This document shows positions 51,357-61,779 of a stretch of 64,000 bases of DNA, in pieces; position 1 is the stretch's first letter; every line of letters begins with the position of its first letter. Made by a program: the position numbers and the translations under genes. The DNA is from a virus (lineage: Duplodnaviria > Caudoviricetes). The stretch covers positions 1 to 64,000 of the IMG/VR virus record IMGVR_UViG_3300031992_000029. The stretch is one strand, 5' to 3'. A model generated the notes under the pieces. That model was not told the DNA's origin and searched no databases. It saw nothing but the letters and a program-made list of their open reading frames with translations.

Positions 51357-53750
51357 ATGGATGTTAGGATAAATGTGGTTGGTCAAAAACTAGTTGTTTC
51401 ATCTAACTACATTAAAATTATCGGCGGGTCAAATAAATTTATAAAGTTTATTTTCTCGCTCGATGGTGGATGGAGCGGGCTTATGCCATATGCTCAATTT
51501 ACGCAAGACGGTACATCATATAACGTGTACTTGGATGAGAATAATTCAGTGTTTTTGCCACCAGAAATAAAAGAAGGGGCTTGCACTTTAACACTTGGCG
51601 GCACTGGTAATGGGGTGTTTGCCACTACAGACTATGTGAAGTTTAACATCACAAAAGGTATACTCACTGAGGGTCAAGAAAGTACGGATATAACAGAGTC
51701 TATGTATGAGCAGTTAGTGGACAGAGTTATATCTGTTAAAGACGCTCAAACAGAGTTCAATGATATGGTTATAGCTGAGAGCGATGCAAGGAGTAGCGCA
51801 GATGATGCAATAAGGAAACTTATTACGGATGAAACTACACAGCGAGAATCTACTGACAACACATTGCAATTAGCAATAGATGCATTAGGAAATTCTAATA
51901 CTGCTCTTAGTCAGAGGATATCTTCTGAGACAAATGCCAGAACGACAGCAGACACAGCTATGCAAACACAAATAGATTCGTATAAGACGCATGTAACCGA
52001 CACTATTAACGGATATAAATCTGATACAGAGAATGCAATAGCAAATATAAGAACCGCTGTAAATAATGATCTAGGCGGAGTGAGAAAAGATATCGAAGAC
52101 GCTGTTGCTGTACTTAACTCAAGAATGGATTTAGCGCTTCAACAGCTTAATAAACACGAAGTCCAAACTGTTATTTTTGATAATGCGACAGAACCGCTAG
52201 CATATATTGGAGACACGGCTATGCTTTCGGCAGACCCTACCACGTTTGATTACATCGACTTTTACTACAAGACACATGTGAATTCTTCTGGTATGGGTAA
52301 CTGGGATAAGGTATTTAGATTTGAGCCAAACTCTTCACAGCCTACTATTGTTAGTGTTCAGCCAACAGACCTAAGCGCTACTAACAAAACGCTTTACGTT
52401 CATGAACTATCATTTAATATATCAGGAACAGAGATTACGGTTAATAGGTCGAGAAGATGGTATTGGAATGGGGCGTCAAATACGTCTGCAGACCTACAAC
52501 AGTCAGAAAGGAATCAGGGTAGCGCTCCTGATAATATGTATGGTGGCAGAGTATATAAGATTGTCGGCGTAAATATATCGGATATTGATGAGCTTACAGA
52601 TTTGAGAATTGGTGCAGATGGTACTGTCTATCAGTCTGCTGGCACTGCAATTAGAACACAATTATCTGAGTTACAGAACAAATCTGCCTCTACGGTTTCT
52701 TATAGTGGAGGTAATTCTGGTCTTGTGGCTACTAATACACAGCAAGCCATTGATGAAACGTGCGAGAATGTTAACGAATTAAATGGACGTTTAGAGCATT
52801 ACCAAAAGTCCCTCGTTACCTCTGTTACAAATGGTAAATATATTGTATCAAGTACAGGTGGTGAAGGCAGTAATGCTAATTGCGCAGTATCCGGGCATAT
52901 TCCAGTATGGCATTTACGTGGTAATGGGATCGTTATTTCTTCCTATCTGTGGCAAGCGGCAGGGTACGCTTTTTATGACAGATCGGGAGTGTATATCACA
53001 GGTGAAAGTGCAAACAGTCTGTCGCTTACTGTTTCTGCTGGACAAGTCACAGCACATAAAACTACTGTTCCGCCATCTGCTTATACACTTAGGGTCACTT
53101 TGCATGCTTCTACGTATGTCAATAATGCTTCAAAATACTTTTATACTCTGTCTGAATCAGATGCAAAAAAATGGGTCATCATAGGTGACAGCTATGCGAC
53201 AGGGTATACACCTGACGGAAGTACTACTGGATGGGTGCCGACGACCATGGCATCTATCGGCCTTACATCGTCTGACTATGAATTAATTTGTGAGGGCGGT
53301 GCTGGATTTCTCAATGGTGGTAATCAAAGCGCTTTAACATTTGAAGGACTTCTTGATACTGCAACTTTGGGAAAATCCGAAGTTGGACATATTCTTGTGT
53401 GCGGTGGATATAATGACTACTCGCGGACATATGCTCAAATGCAGACAGCTTTTAATTCTTTTTATTCTGCGGCAAGGGCAAAATATCCGTTCGCTAAAAT
53501 TCAACTTGGAATGGTGTCATATAGCACAAACAGTGACATAGAATCCGCATTGCTCAATGCTACCCGTCTTGCCTTTTTAGGGATGAACTCTAATGCCGGT
53601 GTCGAGTATCTATCCGGGGTCGAATTTTCTCTGTCGGACGATGATATGTCAACAGATGGCGTTCATCCAAAACAGATTGGTGCAACAAAGGTTGGTATGT
53701 CGGTAGCAAATGCAATACTGACAGGGGCCAGCCCTGCTTTGCGTATATAG
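51357..53750 (+). CDS. BppU-like fibre with C-terminal SGNH/GDSL esterase
   Basis: N-terminus paralogous to 43366 gene; IIGDSY, GGAGF, GGYND, DGVHP blocks. Confidence 0.8.
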   Translation: MDVRINVVGQKLVVSSNYIKIIGGSNKFIKFIFSLDGGWSGLMPYAQFTQDGTSYNVYLDENNSVFLPPEIKEGACTLTLGGTGNGVFATTDYVKFNITKGILTEGQESTDITESMYEQLVDRVISVKDAQTEFNDMVIAESDARSSADDAIRKLITDETTQRESTDNTLQLAIDALGNSNTALSQRISSETNARTTADTAMQTQIDSYKTHVTDTINGYKSDTENAIANIRTAVNNDLGGVRKDIEDAVAVLNSRMDLALQQLNKHEVQTVIFDNATEPLAYIGDTAMLSADPTTFDYIDFYYKTHVNSSGMGNWDKVFRFEPNSSQPTIVSVQPTDLSATNKTLYVHELSFNISGTEITVNRSRRWYWNGASNTSADLQQSERNQGSAPDNMYGGRVYKIVGVNISDIDELTDLRIGADGTVYQSAGTAIRTQLSELQNKSASTVSYSGGNSGLVATNTQQAIDETCENVNELNGRLEHYQKSLVTSVTNGKYIVSSTGGEGSNANCAVSGHIPVWHLRGNGIVISSYLWQAAGYAFYDRSGVYITGESANSLSLTVSAGQVTAHKTTVPPSAYTLRVTLHASTYVNNASKYFYTLSESDAKKWVIIGDSYATGYTPDGSTTGWVPTTMASIGLTSSDYELICEGGAGFLNGGNQSALTFEGLLDTATLGKSEVGHILVCGGYNDYSRTYAQMQTAFNSFYSAARAKYPFAKIQLGMVSYSTNSDIESALLNATRLAFLGMNSNAGVEYLSGVEFSLSDDDMSTDGVHPKQIGATKVGMSVANAILTGASPALRI

Positions 53751-53833
53751 CCGATTTAGTTAATCAGCGTATAAGCAAATTCGCTAACAATATAATAACT
53801 GAACAATAAACACAATGGAAAAGAGGTTGGCGT

Positions 53834-54172
53834 ATGTTAAATATTGAAAACAATACGATTACCATGGTAAGAGGTGATACGGCTAAAATTACCCTATCAA
53901 TATTTCTTAAAGATGGCACTGAGTATGAAGTAAAGAGTGGCGATATTATTAGATTTGCTGCCAAAAAACGATATACCGACGTAAATCCTGTTATTGAAAA
54001 GATAGTAGATAACGAAACGCTATTACTTCAGCTCGATCCGGAGGATACGAAGCCTCTTGGCATGGGAGAAAACAAAGGTAAATATGTTTATGATATACAA
54101 ATCACACAGGAGGATGGGAGTGTAGATACATTTATACGCGGTACTCTACTTCTTTTAGAGGAGGTAGAATGA
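53834..54172 (+). CDS. BppU-like baseplate adaptor
   Basis: I.MVRGDT...L.PEDT..L....YVYDIQ pattern. Confidence 0.65.
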   Translation: MLNIENNTITMVRGDTAKITLSIFLKDGTEYEVKSGDIIRFAAKKRYTDVNPVIEKIVDNETLLLQLDPEDTKPLGMGENKGKYVYDIQITQEDGSVDTFIRGTLLLLEEVE

Positions 54173-54173
54173 T

Positions 54174-54503
54174 ATGCCAGGTAATCAAGGTACGTCTATA
54201 GAATATTTATCTAAATTCGGTGATATTGTAATTAATAATAACCTGTCAGGCACCTTGTCGGCTGGAAGTATTTTGTATGGAGATTTAAAAGCCGGCGGTA
54301 CACTACATGGTGTTTTAAGTATGTTTAAAGGTGACTATGAGCCTTATACCGGGCCTTATGATATTTCACCTAATTTCGAAGGTATAACAATAGCTACCGC
54401 AAATCGATATTTGTCTAATAATATCACGATATTACCAATTCAGGTTGATAGCGTTTCTAATACAAGTGGCGGTAGAACAGTATTCATAGGAGGAATAATT
54501 TAA
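54174..54503 (+). CDS. Small fibre/adaptor protein
   Basis: Y.GPY.I.P...SN.SGG.TV.IG. Confidence 0.6.
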   Translation: MPGNQGTSIEYLSKFGDIVINNNLSGTLSAGSILYGDLKAGGTLHGVLSMFKGDYEPYTGPYDISPNFEGITIATANRYLSNNITILPIQVDSVSNTSGGRTVFIGGII

Positions 54504-54504
54504 A

Positions 54505-55104
54505 ATGGCTAATGAATATGTATCAAAAGTAGTTCTTAGTAACGGGACAGTTCTTATTGATTTAACAGCGGACACAATTACAGCTGCAGATCTTTTAGCT
54601 GGTGTTACAGCGCATGATAAAAGCGGTGCTTTAATTGAAGGAACATGTACGTATGACTCTGACACATCTAATGACACAGCTGCGGCTTCTGAAATCCTTG
54701 CAACAAAGACCGCGCACGCCAGAGGTACGCAGCTTACAGGCACAATGAGGAACAACGGTGCTGTAGCCGGAAAGATTACTACTATCAGCGGTACTGGGTC
54801 GACATATACAGTGCCTCAGGGTTATCACGATGGCTCTGGTAGTGTTACATTAGATAGCTCTTTCTCGCTGTTAATACCAGCAAACATTAGAGAAAATATT
54901 ACTATCGGTGGAGTAACTGGTACAATGTCTGGTTCTGAAGATGTGTCGGCACAGGCTGTAACTGTGACACCTACGTTCGCGCAGCAGGTAATTACACCAG
55001 ACGCACAGCAGGGATATAACTCTATTTCTCAAGTTACAGTTAGCGGGATCAGCGTTGTGTATAGCGATAATTCTGCTGGTGGTCAAACTGTAACGATTGG
55101 CTAA
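54505..55104 (+). CDS. Tail fibre-like structural protein
   Basis: LIDLTADT..., VPQGYHDGSG, N.AGGQTVTIG; strong RBS. Confidence 0.65.
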   Translation: MANEYVSKVVLSNGTVLIDLTADTITAADLLAGVTAHDKSGALIEGTCTYDSDTSNDTAAASEILATKTAHARGTQLTGTMRNNGAVAGKITTISGTGSTYTVPQGYHDGSGSVTLDSSFSLLIPANIRENITIGGVTGTMSGSEDVSAQAVTVTPTFAQQVITPDAQQGYNSISQVTVSGISVVYSDNSAGGQTVTIG

Positions 55105-55129
55105 AAATACGAATGGAAGGAAATAGCTT

Positions 55130-56983
55130 ATGGCTAATAATAAAGTTGAGTTATCAGACGGAAGTGTGCTGATAGACCTATCGCAAGATACCGTAACATC
55201 GTCTGACCATATTATGTCAGGGTATGTGGGGCATCTTGCGAGTGGCCTACAAGTCACAGGAACAGGAAATAATTATGTTATGTCGGATTGGAATGCTGAA
55301 GAAGTAACAGACTCTGAATCTGGAGAAATAACTGGATACGAAGATGGGTATATATTAAATAAACCCGCTATAAAAGCAGGCGAAGGTGAAAATAGTATCG
55401 TTGAAGGAATGATTGAAGATGATAATGATTCTAGAGTTTATACTATATATTTAACTGGCGAAGCGGGTGCTACTACTTTTACCTACACAACAGAAGATGA
55501 AACAACTAGAAACGAAATAGCGAAAAAAGCAAACGCAATACCATCAATAGGAATTGTTTATAGCCCTACTGGGTCAAATTCTCTTTATAGGACATCAAGA
55601 ATTAGTAAGATTGATTCAGAAAATTCAACTATTACTTTAAAAAATATAATAAATACGAAAACTAAAGCAGTAGAAAATCAACAAGCATTTATTTATTATC
55701 ATAGTAAAAATATTGCAATAAGCCCTTATTGTCATGCAGAAGGTAAAATTACTTTTGCATATCTGGGGGCGGCACATGCTGAAGGTATGTATACTGCGGC
55801 GGCGGGGTCTTATACACATGCTGAAGGATATGGTACTACAGCTATGTCACAATACAGCCATGCAGAAGGTAATAAAACTAGAGCTTCTGGCCCAGGAGCA
55901 CACGCAGAGGGTTCGTTAACAATAGCCGATAGCGGATATGCACATGCAGAAGGATATTATACTAAAGCACTTGACCAATCTTGTCATTCTGAAGGACATC
56001 ATACAAATGCTTCTAAAGCGGCTTCACATGCAGAAGGAAGAAATACAATAGCTTCTGGGTCATGCTCTCATGCGGAAGGAAACTTTGCGCTAGCTTCTGG
56101 TTTCGGTTCTCATGCTGAAGGTAATGTAGGATATATATTTATGAAATTAACAGGTGAGCCTAATGCAACAACATATAATTTTACTGAAAGTTATGCTTCT
56201 AATACTATTTTATTATTAAAAATGGCTCATACAAAAATCATAAGCGATACTGCTCATAATAATTTTAATCTTAATACTAGTTCTTATTCAACAATCACTA
56301 ATATTGATTTTAATAATTCGACCATAACTGTAGATACAACGTTATCTGACACAGCAATTTCTGATGTACAATACTATATATATTTAAGAACAGAAGCTAG
56401 TGGAATAGCATCTCATGCCGAAGGATTAAGTTCTTTAGCTTCTGGAGAGGGTTCTCATGCCGAAGGACGTCAAACACTTGCTAACGGAATTTATTCTCAT
56501 GCAAATGGGTATCTTACAACAGCTTCTGGAAATTATTCACATGCCGAAGGAACTCTTACAACAGCCTCTGGCAATAATTCTCATGCATCTGGTGAATTAA
56601 CAACCGCCGCCACAAAAGCGCAAACTGTAATCGGAACATATAATATCCCAGATGATACCACCACAAATCTTCATCCTAGTCAATATTCTGGATTTGGTAA
56701 ATATGCTTTTGTGGTTGGCAATGGATATGATACAGGAGGTGCATCTAACGCACATACTCTTGATTGGCAAGGTAATGGGTGGTATGCAGGTAAATTAACT
56801 GTAGGTAGTAATCCTACAGGAAATATGGATGTAGCAACAAAACAGTATGTAGATAATCATGTTCCAGATTTATCTGGTTATGTTGCAACTTCAAATTTAG
56901 CAACTTTAGTTAATCCTCTTATTCAAGCCGCATTAGCTGAATATGGAGATGGAGATACTGCTACTTATGGGACAACATCATAA
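55130..56983 (+). CDS. Tail fibre/adhesin with YadA-head-like (SHAEG) repeats
   Basis: Two arrays of ~14-aa A.G..SHAEG..T repeats; C-terminal DVATKQYVD. Confidence 0.8.
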   Translation: MANNKVELSDGSVLIDLSQDTVTSSDHIMSGYVGHLASGLQVTGTGNNYVMSDWNAEEVTDSESGEITGYEDGYILNKPAIKAGEGENSIVEGMIEDDNDSRVYTIYLTGEAGATTFTYTTEDETTRNEIAKKANAIPSIGIVYSPTGSNSLYRTSRISKIDSENSTITLKNIINTKTKAVENQQAFIYYHSKNIAISPYCHAEGKITFAYLGAAHAEGMYTAAAGSYTHAEGYGTTAMSQYSHAEGNKTRASGPGAHAEGSLTIADSGYAHAEGYYTKALDQSCHSEGHHTNASKAASHAEGRNTIASGSCSHAEGNFALASGFGSHAEGNVGYIFMKLTGEPNATTYNFTESYASNTILLLKMAHTKIISDTAHNNFNLNTSSYSTITNIDFNNSTITVDTTLSDTAISDVQYYIYLRTEASGIASHAEGLSSLASGEGSHAEGRQTLANGIYSHANGYLTTASGNYSHAEGTLTTASGNNSHASGELTTAATKAQTVIGTYNIPDDTTTNLHPSQYSGFGKYAFVVGNGYDTGGASNAHTLDWQGNGWYAGKLTVGSNPTGNMDVATKQYVDNHVPDLSGYVATSNLATLVNPLIQAALAEYGDGDTATYGTTS

Positions 56984-57000
56984 AGAGGGGGTGATTTTAA

Positions 57001-57924
57001 TTGGCAAACGAAAATAAGGTTATAGTTACAAAAAATAAATTAGATATATTAGCAAATAGTATTTCAGCCAAATCTGGAGAATCACTTCCTATGACCATTG
57101 TGGGAATGATTGATGCAGTAAATGGAATGAGTTCTGCCACATTAATATCAAAAACAATTACCACTAATGGGACATATACCGCTTCAAACGATAACGCAGA
57201 TGGTTATTCTAGTGTTACAGTTAATGTTCCACCTACTACTCCTACCCTTCAATCTAAAACAATAACTCCAACAGAATCAGTACAAACAATAACTGCTGAT
57301 TCAAATTATGATGGCCTTGATTCTGTAGAAGTTGGAGCAATTAGTTCGACTTATATTGGTAGTGGAGTAGCTAGAAAAAGTTCAACTGATTTAACTGTTT
57401 CTGGTGCGACAGTAACAGTTCCAAGTGGATATTATGAAGAATCAGCTTCTAAATCAATTAGTTCTGGCTCTGCTACTACTCCTGCAACAACCATTACTGC
57501 TAATCCCAGTATTAGTATTAGTTCATCTGGCTTAATTACTGCAACAGCATCAGCTTCGCAGAGCATTACACCTACGGTATCCGCAGGTTATGTATCTACA
57601 GGAACTTCTGGTACCATAACAGTAAATGGTTCTAATACCCAACAATTAACAATATTAGGGGCTACTACTTATAATACTTCTACTACAGATCAAACCATAA
57701 CTTCTGGAAAATATTTAACTGGGACTCAAACTATTAAAGCTGTAACTGTTAGTGGATTAGATGCAAGTAAAATATTGAGTGGGACTACTGTAATGGTTGG
57801 TGACGCAAATGATGCAGACAGAATTGCTAGTGTGACTGGTACTGTAACATTTTCAACAATTACGACATCATCATCAAATCCATCAGGCGGATCTGATGGT
57901 GATATTTGGATTAAGACAAGTTAA
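57001..57924 (+). CDS. Ser/Thr-rich tail fibre protein
   Basis: ITTNGTY...DGYSSVTVNV, LQSKTITP; ends PSGGSDGDIWIK. Confidence 0.7.
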   Translation: MANENKVIVTKNKLDILANSISAKSGESLPMTIVGMIDAVNGMSSATLISKTITTNGTYTASNDNADGYSSVTVNVPPTTPTLQSKTITPTESVQTITADSNYDGLDSVEVGAISSTYIGSGVARKSSTDLTVSGATVTVPSGYYEESASKSISSGSATTPATTITANPSISISSSGLITATASASQSITPTVSAGYVSTGTSGTITVNGSNTQQLTILGATTYNTSTTDQTITSGKYLTGTQTIKAVTVSGLDASKILSGTTVMVGDANDADRIASVTGTVTFSTITTSSSNPSGGSDGDIWIKTS

Positions 57925-57938
57925 GGAGGGATTAATAT

Positions 57939-59333
57939 ATGGCAACAATTAGATTAATCCCTTCTAATTACGGACGAAGTAATACTAACTATGTGACTGT
58001 AACGAATCCAGAAAATATGTATAATAATACTGACCATACAGCAAATTATTGTACATTAAGAGGTAGAGCTGGTAGAAGTAGTAATAGTACATACTACGCT
58101 TTTGTTAACGGATTTAATTTTGATGATGTTCCAAGTAATGCAGATGTAACTGATTTTAAAGTTAAAATTAGAGCCTATAGAAGTTCTTATATGGCTACTG
58201 GTAATACTAATTATCGTATTTCTTTAGCAAGTCAGGCATCAAACAGCTATAAAATAGGTAATACAACCTTATCTTCGGATATTACCACAACTGCTGGCGG
58301 AACAGTGTATGAAATTCCTACCGGAAGTTTAACTTGGGATACTATTAAAGGTTATGGTTCAAATTTTTCTATTGATATACCTTTAAGAAATAGTTCAACT
58401 TCAAGTAGTAACTATCCATATGTATATGTATATGGTGCTGAAATAGAAGTTACCTATACAATGCCTAATCCTAGAACGGTTACTACTACACTAACTGGTA
58501 ATGGTATAATAGATCCGAGCGGGACAGAAACTTACTATGATGATGATGAATATAATTTAGTAGTAACTCCTACTAATGCCTCTGATACTGTAACTGCGAC
58601 TAAAAATGGAACAACGATCACTTTAACTCAACACAGTGGCGGAGAATCAACTGAGTCAAATGTATTGGGAGAATATAGTTTAATAAGTGGCGGTTTAAAT
58701 GGTTCAGGTGCGACATATTTTCAAGGCATAGTTGGTCGCGGATATGATACTAGTACTACAACAACATCGAACTATTATTCTAGTGGCTCTGGTACTAATG
58801 CGGTATTTCAATATGACGTAGGTTTTACTGATATACCTGATAATGCTACGATTAAAAATTTATATATGATGGCAAATGGACACGCAGAATCAACATCTAA
58901 TTCTAGTGAATATATGTGTGTGCAACTTAAAAGTGGAAATACAGAACTATCAGAACGGTATAATTTTAAAAGTGCGGGTACTTCTAATTCAACTCAAACT
59001 ATTAATGCTACTACTTTACCAACTGCTGCGCAATTAGAAAATTTAGTAGTAGAATGTACTCTTGGTTATTATGGCGGCGCAATTAATGGAGTAACTGTGT
59101 TTTTAACTTATGAGGTTAGTGGCGTTTATTATACTTACAGCACGACAATTAATGGTGATATGACTGTTGTGGTTACTATTGGAAGTGTGACTCAAAATAA
59201 GATGTATATAAAAATAAATGGCTCTTGGGTTGAAGTATCGAAAGTATATAAAAAAGTTAATGGCTCTTGGGTCGAACAGACTAATTTAACTAGTGTGTTT
59301 GATTCAAATGTTAATTATAAATTTGTGAATTAA
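57939..59333 (+). CDS. Receptor-binding/fibre tip protein with two related beta domains
   Basis: F.DVPSNA.V / F.DIPDNA.I duplicate; C-terminal K.NGSWVE repeats. Confidence 0.65.
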   Translation: MATIRLIPSNYGRSNTNYVTVTNPENMYNNTDHTANYCTLRGRAGRSSNSTYYAFVNGFNFDDVPSNADVTDFKVKIRAYRSSYMATGNTNYRISLASQASNSYKIGNTTLSSDITTTAGGTVYEIPTGSLTWDTIKGYGSNFSIDIPLRNSSTSSSNYPYVYVYGAEIEVTYTMPNPRTVTTTLTGNGIIDPSGTETYYDDDEYNLVVTPTNASDTVTATKNGTTITLTQHSGGESTESNVLGEYSLISGGLNGSGATYFQGIVGRGYDTSTTTTSNYYSSGSGTNAVFQYDVGFTDIPDNATIKNLYMMANGHAESTSNSSEYMCVQLKSGNTELSERYNFKSAGTSNSTQTINATTLPTAAQLENLVVECTLGYYGGAINGVTVFLTYEVSGVYYTYSTTINGDMTVVVTIGSVTQNKMYIKINGSWVEVSKVYKKVNGSWVEQTNLTSVFDSNVNYKFVN

Positions 59334-59493
59334 ATATAGCTGATATTTATATAAGTGATGCAAAGATGGTTCGATTTTATACTATTTGGGATGGTAGTCA
59401 TATACGGCATAGAGGATGTATTATTGATGGTAGTCTTATGGCTGAAAACGTAGAATACGAATCAGTACAGTACCAAAAGAGTATTTAAACGAA

Positions 59494-59868
59494 ATGAGTT
59501 TTATATTTTATAATCCAAACCCAGACGGTAAGTATGTGGGAGACTGTGTTATTAGGGCGGTTTCAAGGTTGCTTCATCAGGATTGGGATACAACATATTA
59601 TGATATCTGTGAGCTCGGCGGTCATATACACAACATGCCGAGCGCAGACGATGTATGGGGCGAGTATCTATATCGAAATGGTTTTAGAAAACATACGATA
59701 CCAGATACATGCCCCTTTTGTTATACAGTAAAAGATTTCTGTCTGGATCATCCTATAGGCAGTTTTCTATTAAAAACATCCGGTCACGTAATAGCGGTTG
59801 TAAACGGGAACTACTATGACACGTCTGATTCGGGTAACGAAGTACCAATTTATTATTGGGGAAAGTGA
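59494..59868 (+). CDS. Putative papain-like (C39-related) Cys peptidase
   Basis: NPNP...GDCVIRA (Cys), GHVIAV (His), YDTSDS (Asp). Confidence 0.5.
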   Translation: MSFIFYNPNPDGKYVGDCVIRAVSRLLHQDWDTTYYDICELGGHIHNMPSADDVWGEYLYRNGFRKHTIPDTCPFCYTVKDFCLDHPIGSFLLKTSGHVIAVVNGNYYDTSDSGNEVPIYYWGK

Positions 59869-59875
59869 GAAATAA

Positions 59876-60214
59876 ATGAACAATTCAAATCCAAATATGA
59901 ATGTCCAAGGACAAAACGTGCAAGGCGTTTATAACACCCCTCAAAGTTTTCAAGTCCTAGTACTAGACGACATATCACAGGCAGGCAATTATCAAGTCAG
60001 CCCAGGATGCTCGACAATCTTTATGAATTTTGCAATGACAGAAATGAGGATGAGAACAAGAGACATGAGCGGGTTCCCCTTACCAGACAGAACGTGGTCT
60101 ATAAAAGAGACCACACCTCAACCGCAGATCGCTAACTCTGGAAATTTTGCAACCAAGGAAGAAGTGTCTGCGATTAACGACAAGCTAGACAAGCTAATTG
60201 AGATGATGAAGTAA
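59876..60214 (+). CDS. Hypothetical protein (cassette gene 2)
   Basis: 112 aa, N/Q-rich N-terminus, C-terminal FATKEEV coiled coil. Confidence 0.75.
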   Translation: MNNSNPNMNVQGQNVQGVYNTPQSFQVLVLDDISQAGNYQVSPGCSTIFMNFAMTEMRMRTRDMSGFPLPDRTWSIKETTPQPQIANSGNFATKEEVSAINDKLDKLIEMMK

Positions 60215-60227
60215 GGAGGATTTGAAA

Positions 60228-60428
60228 ATGGAACAGAATTTCGCACAACAGCTGCAGTCCTTTATCGCTGCGGCACAGCAGAGGTTCGGTAAGAACCTCG
60301 ACCCTTCCGCGATAGCTAGAAGCGTGATTGGTAATGGATGCTCTTCACCTCGACAAGCGCTAGAGGTAATGTTAAGATCCGGCCGGATAACGCAAGAGCA
60401 ATTTAACATGTACTCAAGAATGCTTTGA
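60228..60428 (+). CDS. Small helical hypothetical protein (cassette gene 3)
   Basis: RBS AAGGAGG; SGRITQEQFN motif. Confidence 0.75.
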   Translation: MEQNFAQQLQSFIAAAQQRFGKNLDPSAIARSVIGNGCSSPRQALEVMLRSGRITQEQFNMYSRML

Positions 60429-60482
60429 ACTATAAAGTAACTTTTTAAAATTTTTTATTACTCTAATAGGAGGAGAAAAATT

Positions 60483-61337
60483 ATGAGCTTAAGTGAAAGC
60501 GGCCTTAGTGCAAGTGATGTACTGGCACTGACAAACGGTAACAATGACGGTTTTGGAAACGGCTTCGGCGGTGGCTGGTGGCTGATTCTCTTTATCCTGC
60601 TTCTCAGTGGCGGATTCGGACGCGGTTGGGGATACGGCGGCGGCAACGGCGATTCCGGTAACGGTATGGCTAGCATGGCTATCCCTTATATGATGGGTAA
60701 CTCTTACAACGCCGACGTACAGAGAGGGTTTGACCAGTCCGCAGTTATTACTGCACTTGGAAATCTTTCCACGGCTGTTTCTGCCGGTTTTGCAAATCAG
60801 TCCGTAGACGCTTGTAACAAGGCAATGACGATGATGCAGGGCATGAATGGCATCCAGGCTCAGATGGCATCTGATCGTTTCAACACAATCACTACTTTGA
60901 ATGGTGGTCATAACGCAATTCTTCAGCAGATGGGTGCATATGAGATGGCTCGTCAGCAGTGCTGCTGTGACAACAAGGCTGCTATCGCAGACCTCAAGTA
61001 CACTGTTGCTACAGAAAATTGCGCAGACAGAACCGCTCTTGATAACGCTGTTTGGCAGATTGGTCAGAAGATCGACGCAGGATTTGCTAACATGACGGAG
61101 CAGAGATATCAGGATAAGATTGATTCCAAGAACGAGCAGATTGCTAACCTTCAGAGACAGCTTACCGCTCAGGAACTTGCCGCATCTCAGGCTAATCAGA
61201 CTCAACAGCTCTATGCAAACAATCAGGCTCAGACCGATAGGATTATGGACTTCATCAATCCTGGATACGCAAGACCTTTCTATGGAAACGGTTTTGGTAA
61301 CTGGGGTGGCTGCGGTTGCCAGGCTTGTGCTTCCTAA
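60483..61337 (+). CDS. Gly-rich membrane-anchored coiled-coil protein with CCC motif (cassette gene 4)
   Basis: GFGGGWWLILFILLLSGGFG, QQCCCDNK, heptads, C-terminal GCGCQAC; strong RBS. Confidence 0.85.
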   Translation: MSLSESGLSASDVLALTNGNNDGFGNGFGGGWWLILFILLLSGGFGRGWGYGGGNGDSGNGMASMAIPYMMGNSYNADVQRGFDQSAVITALGNLSTAVSAGFANQSVDACNKAMTMMQGMNGIQAQMASDRFNTITTLNGGHNAILQQMGAYEMARQQCCCDNKAAIADLKYTVATENCADRTALDNAVWQIGQKIDAGFANMTEQRYQDKIDSKNEQIANLQRQLTAQELAASQANQTQQLYANNQAQTDRIMDFINPGYARPFYGNGFGNWGGCGCQACAS

Positions 61338-61351
61338 GAAAGGAGGTACTT

Positions 61352-61777
61352 ATGGCTGAATATACAAATAACGTTGATCAGGTTGTTCAGCCTGGTGGCG
61401 TGGTTATATTTAACGTAGTCGTAGAAGGATGCCGCAAGGGTTTTATCAGGCACCGTAACGGCACTGGTTCTTTCCTTCTGTCTGGAGCAAATTGTTGCAG
61501 ATGTAACCCGAAGTATAGTGTTAAGTTCGGCGCGAACATCGGTGTGCCTACAGGTGAAACTGTCGGCCCTGTTTCTCTCGCACTTGCGATTGATGGCTCT
61601 GCCGATAACTCAACTATTATGACGGTTACGCCAGCCGCCGCGGAGGAACTCTTTAACGTTAGCAGATGTTCCGATATTGATATCTGGAGCGGATGTTGTG
61701 AAACCATCGCAGTCCAGAACGTTGGTACAATTCCTGTAACTGTCAATGCTCCTACAATTTCTATCAAGAGGGGATAA
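61352..61777 (+). CDS. Cys-rich beta-sandwich protein, BclA-CTD/C1q-like (cassette gene 5)
   Basis: RBS AGGAGGT before ATG 61352; alternating beta pattern, CCRC and GCC. Confidence 0.7.
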   Translation: MAEYTNNVDQVVQPGGVVIFNVVVEGCRKGFIRHRNGTGSFLLSGANCCRCNPKYSVKFGANIGVPTGETVGPVSLALAIDGSADNSTIMTVTPAAAEELFNVSRCSDIDIWSGCCETIAVQNVGTIPVTVNAPTISIKRG

Positions 61778-61779
61778 TT

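Noticed and set aside
43366-59333. Diversity-generating retroelement or invertible fibre shufflon
   Set aside because: No reverse transcriptase, no adenine-specific TR/VR pair and no inverted cassettes seen by eye; a dot plot would be needed to fully exclude
59334-59493. Sporulation-sigma promoter for the six-gene cassette
   Set aside because: CATA-like words are present but spacing does not fit a consensus I can defend
60489-61205. 238-aa antisense ORF over cassette gene 4
   Set aside because: Codon-bias shadow; only supports high expression of the sense gene
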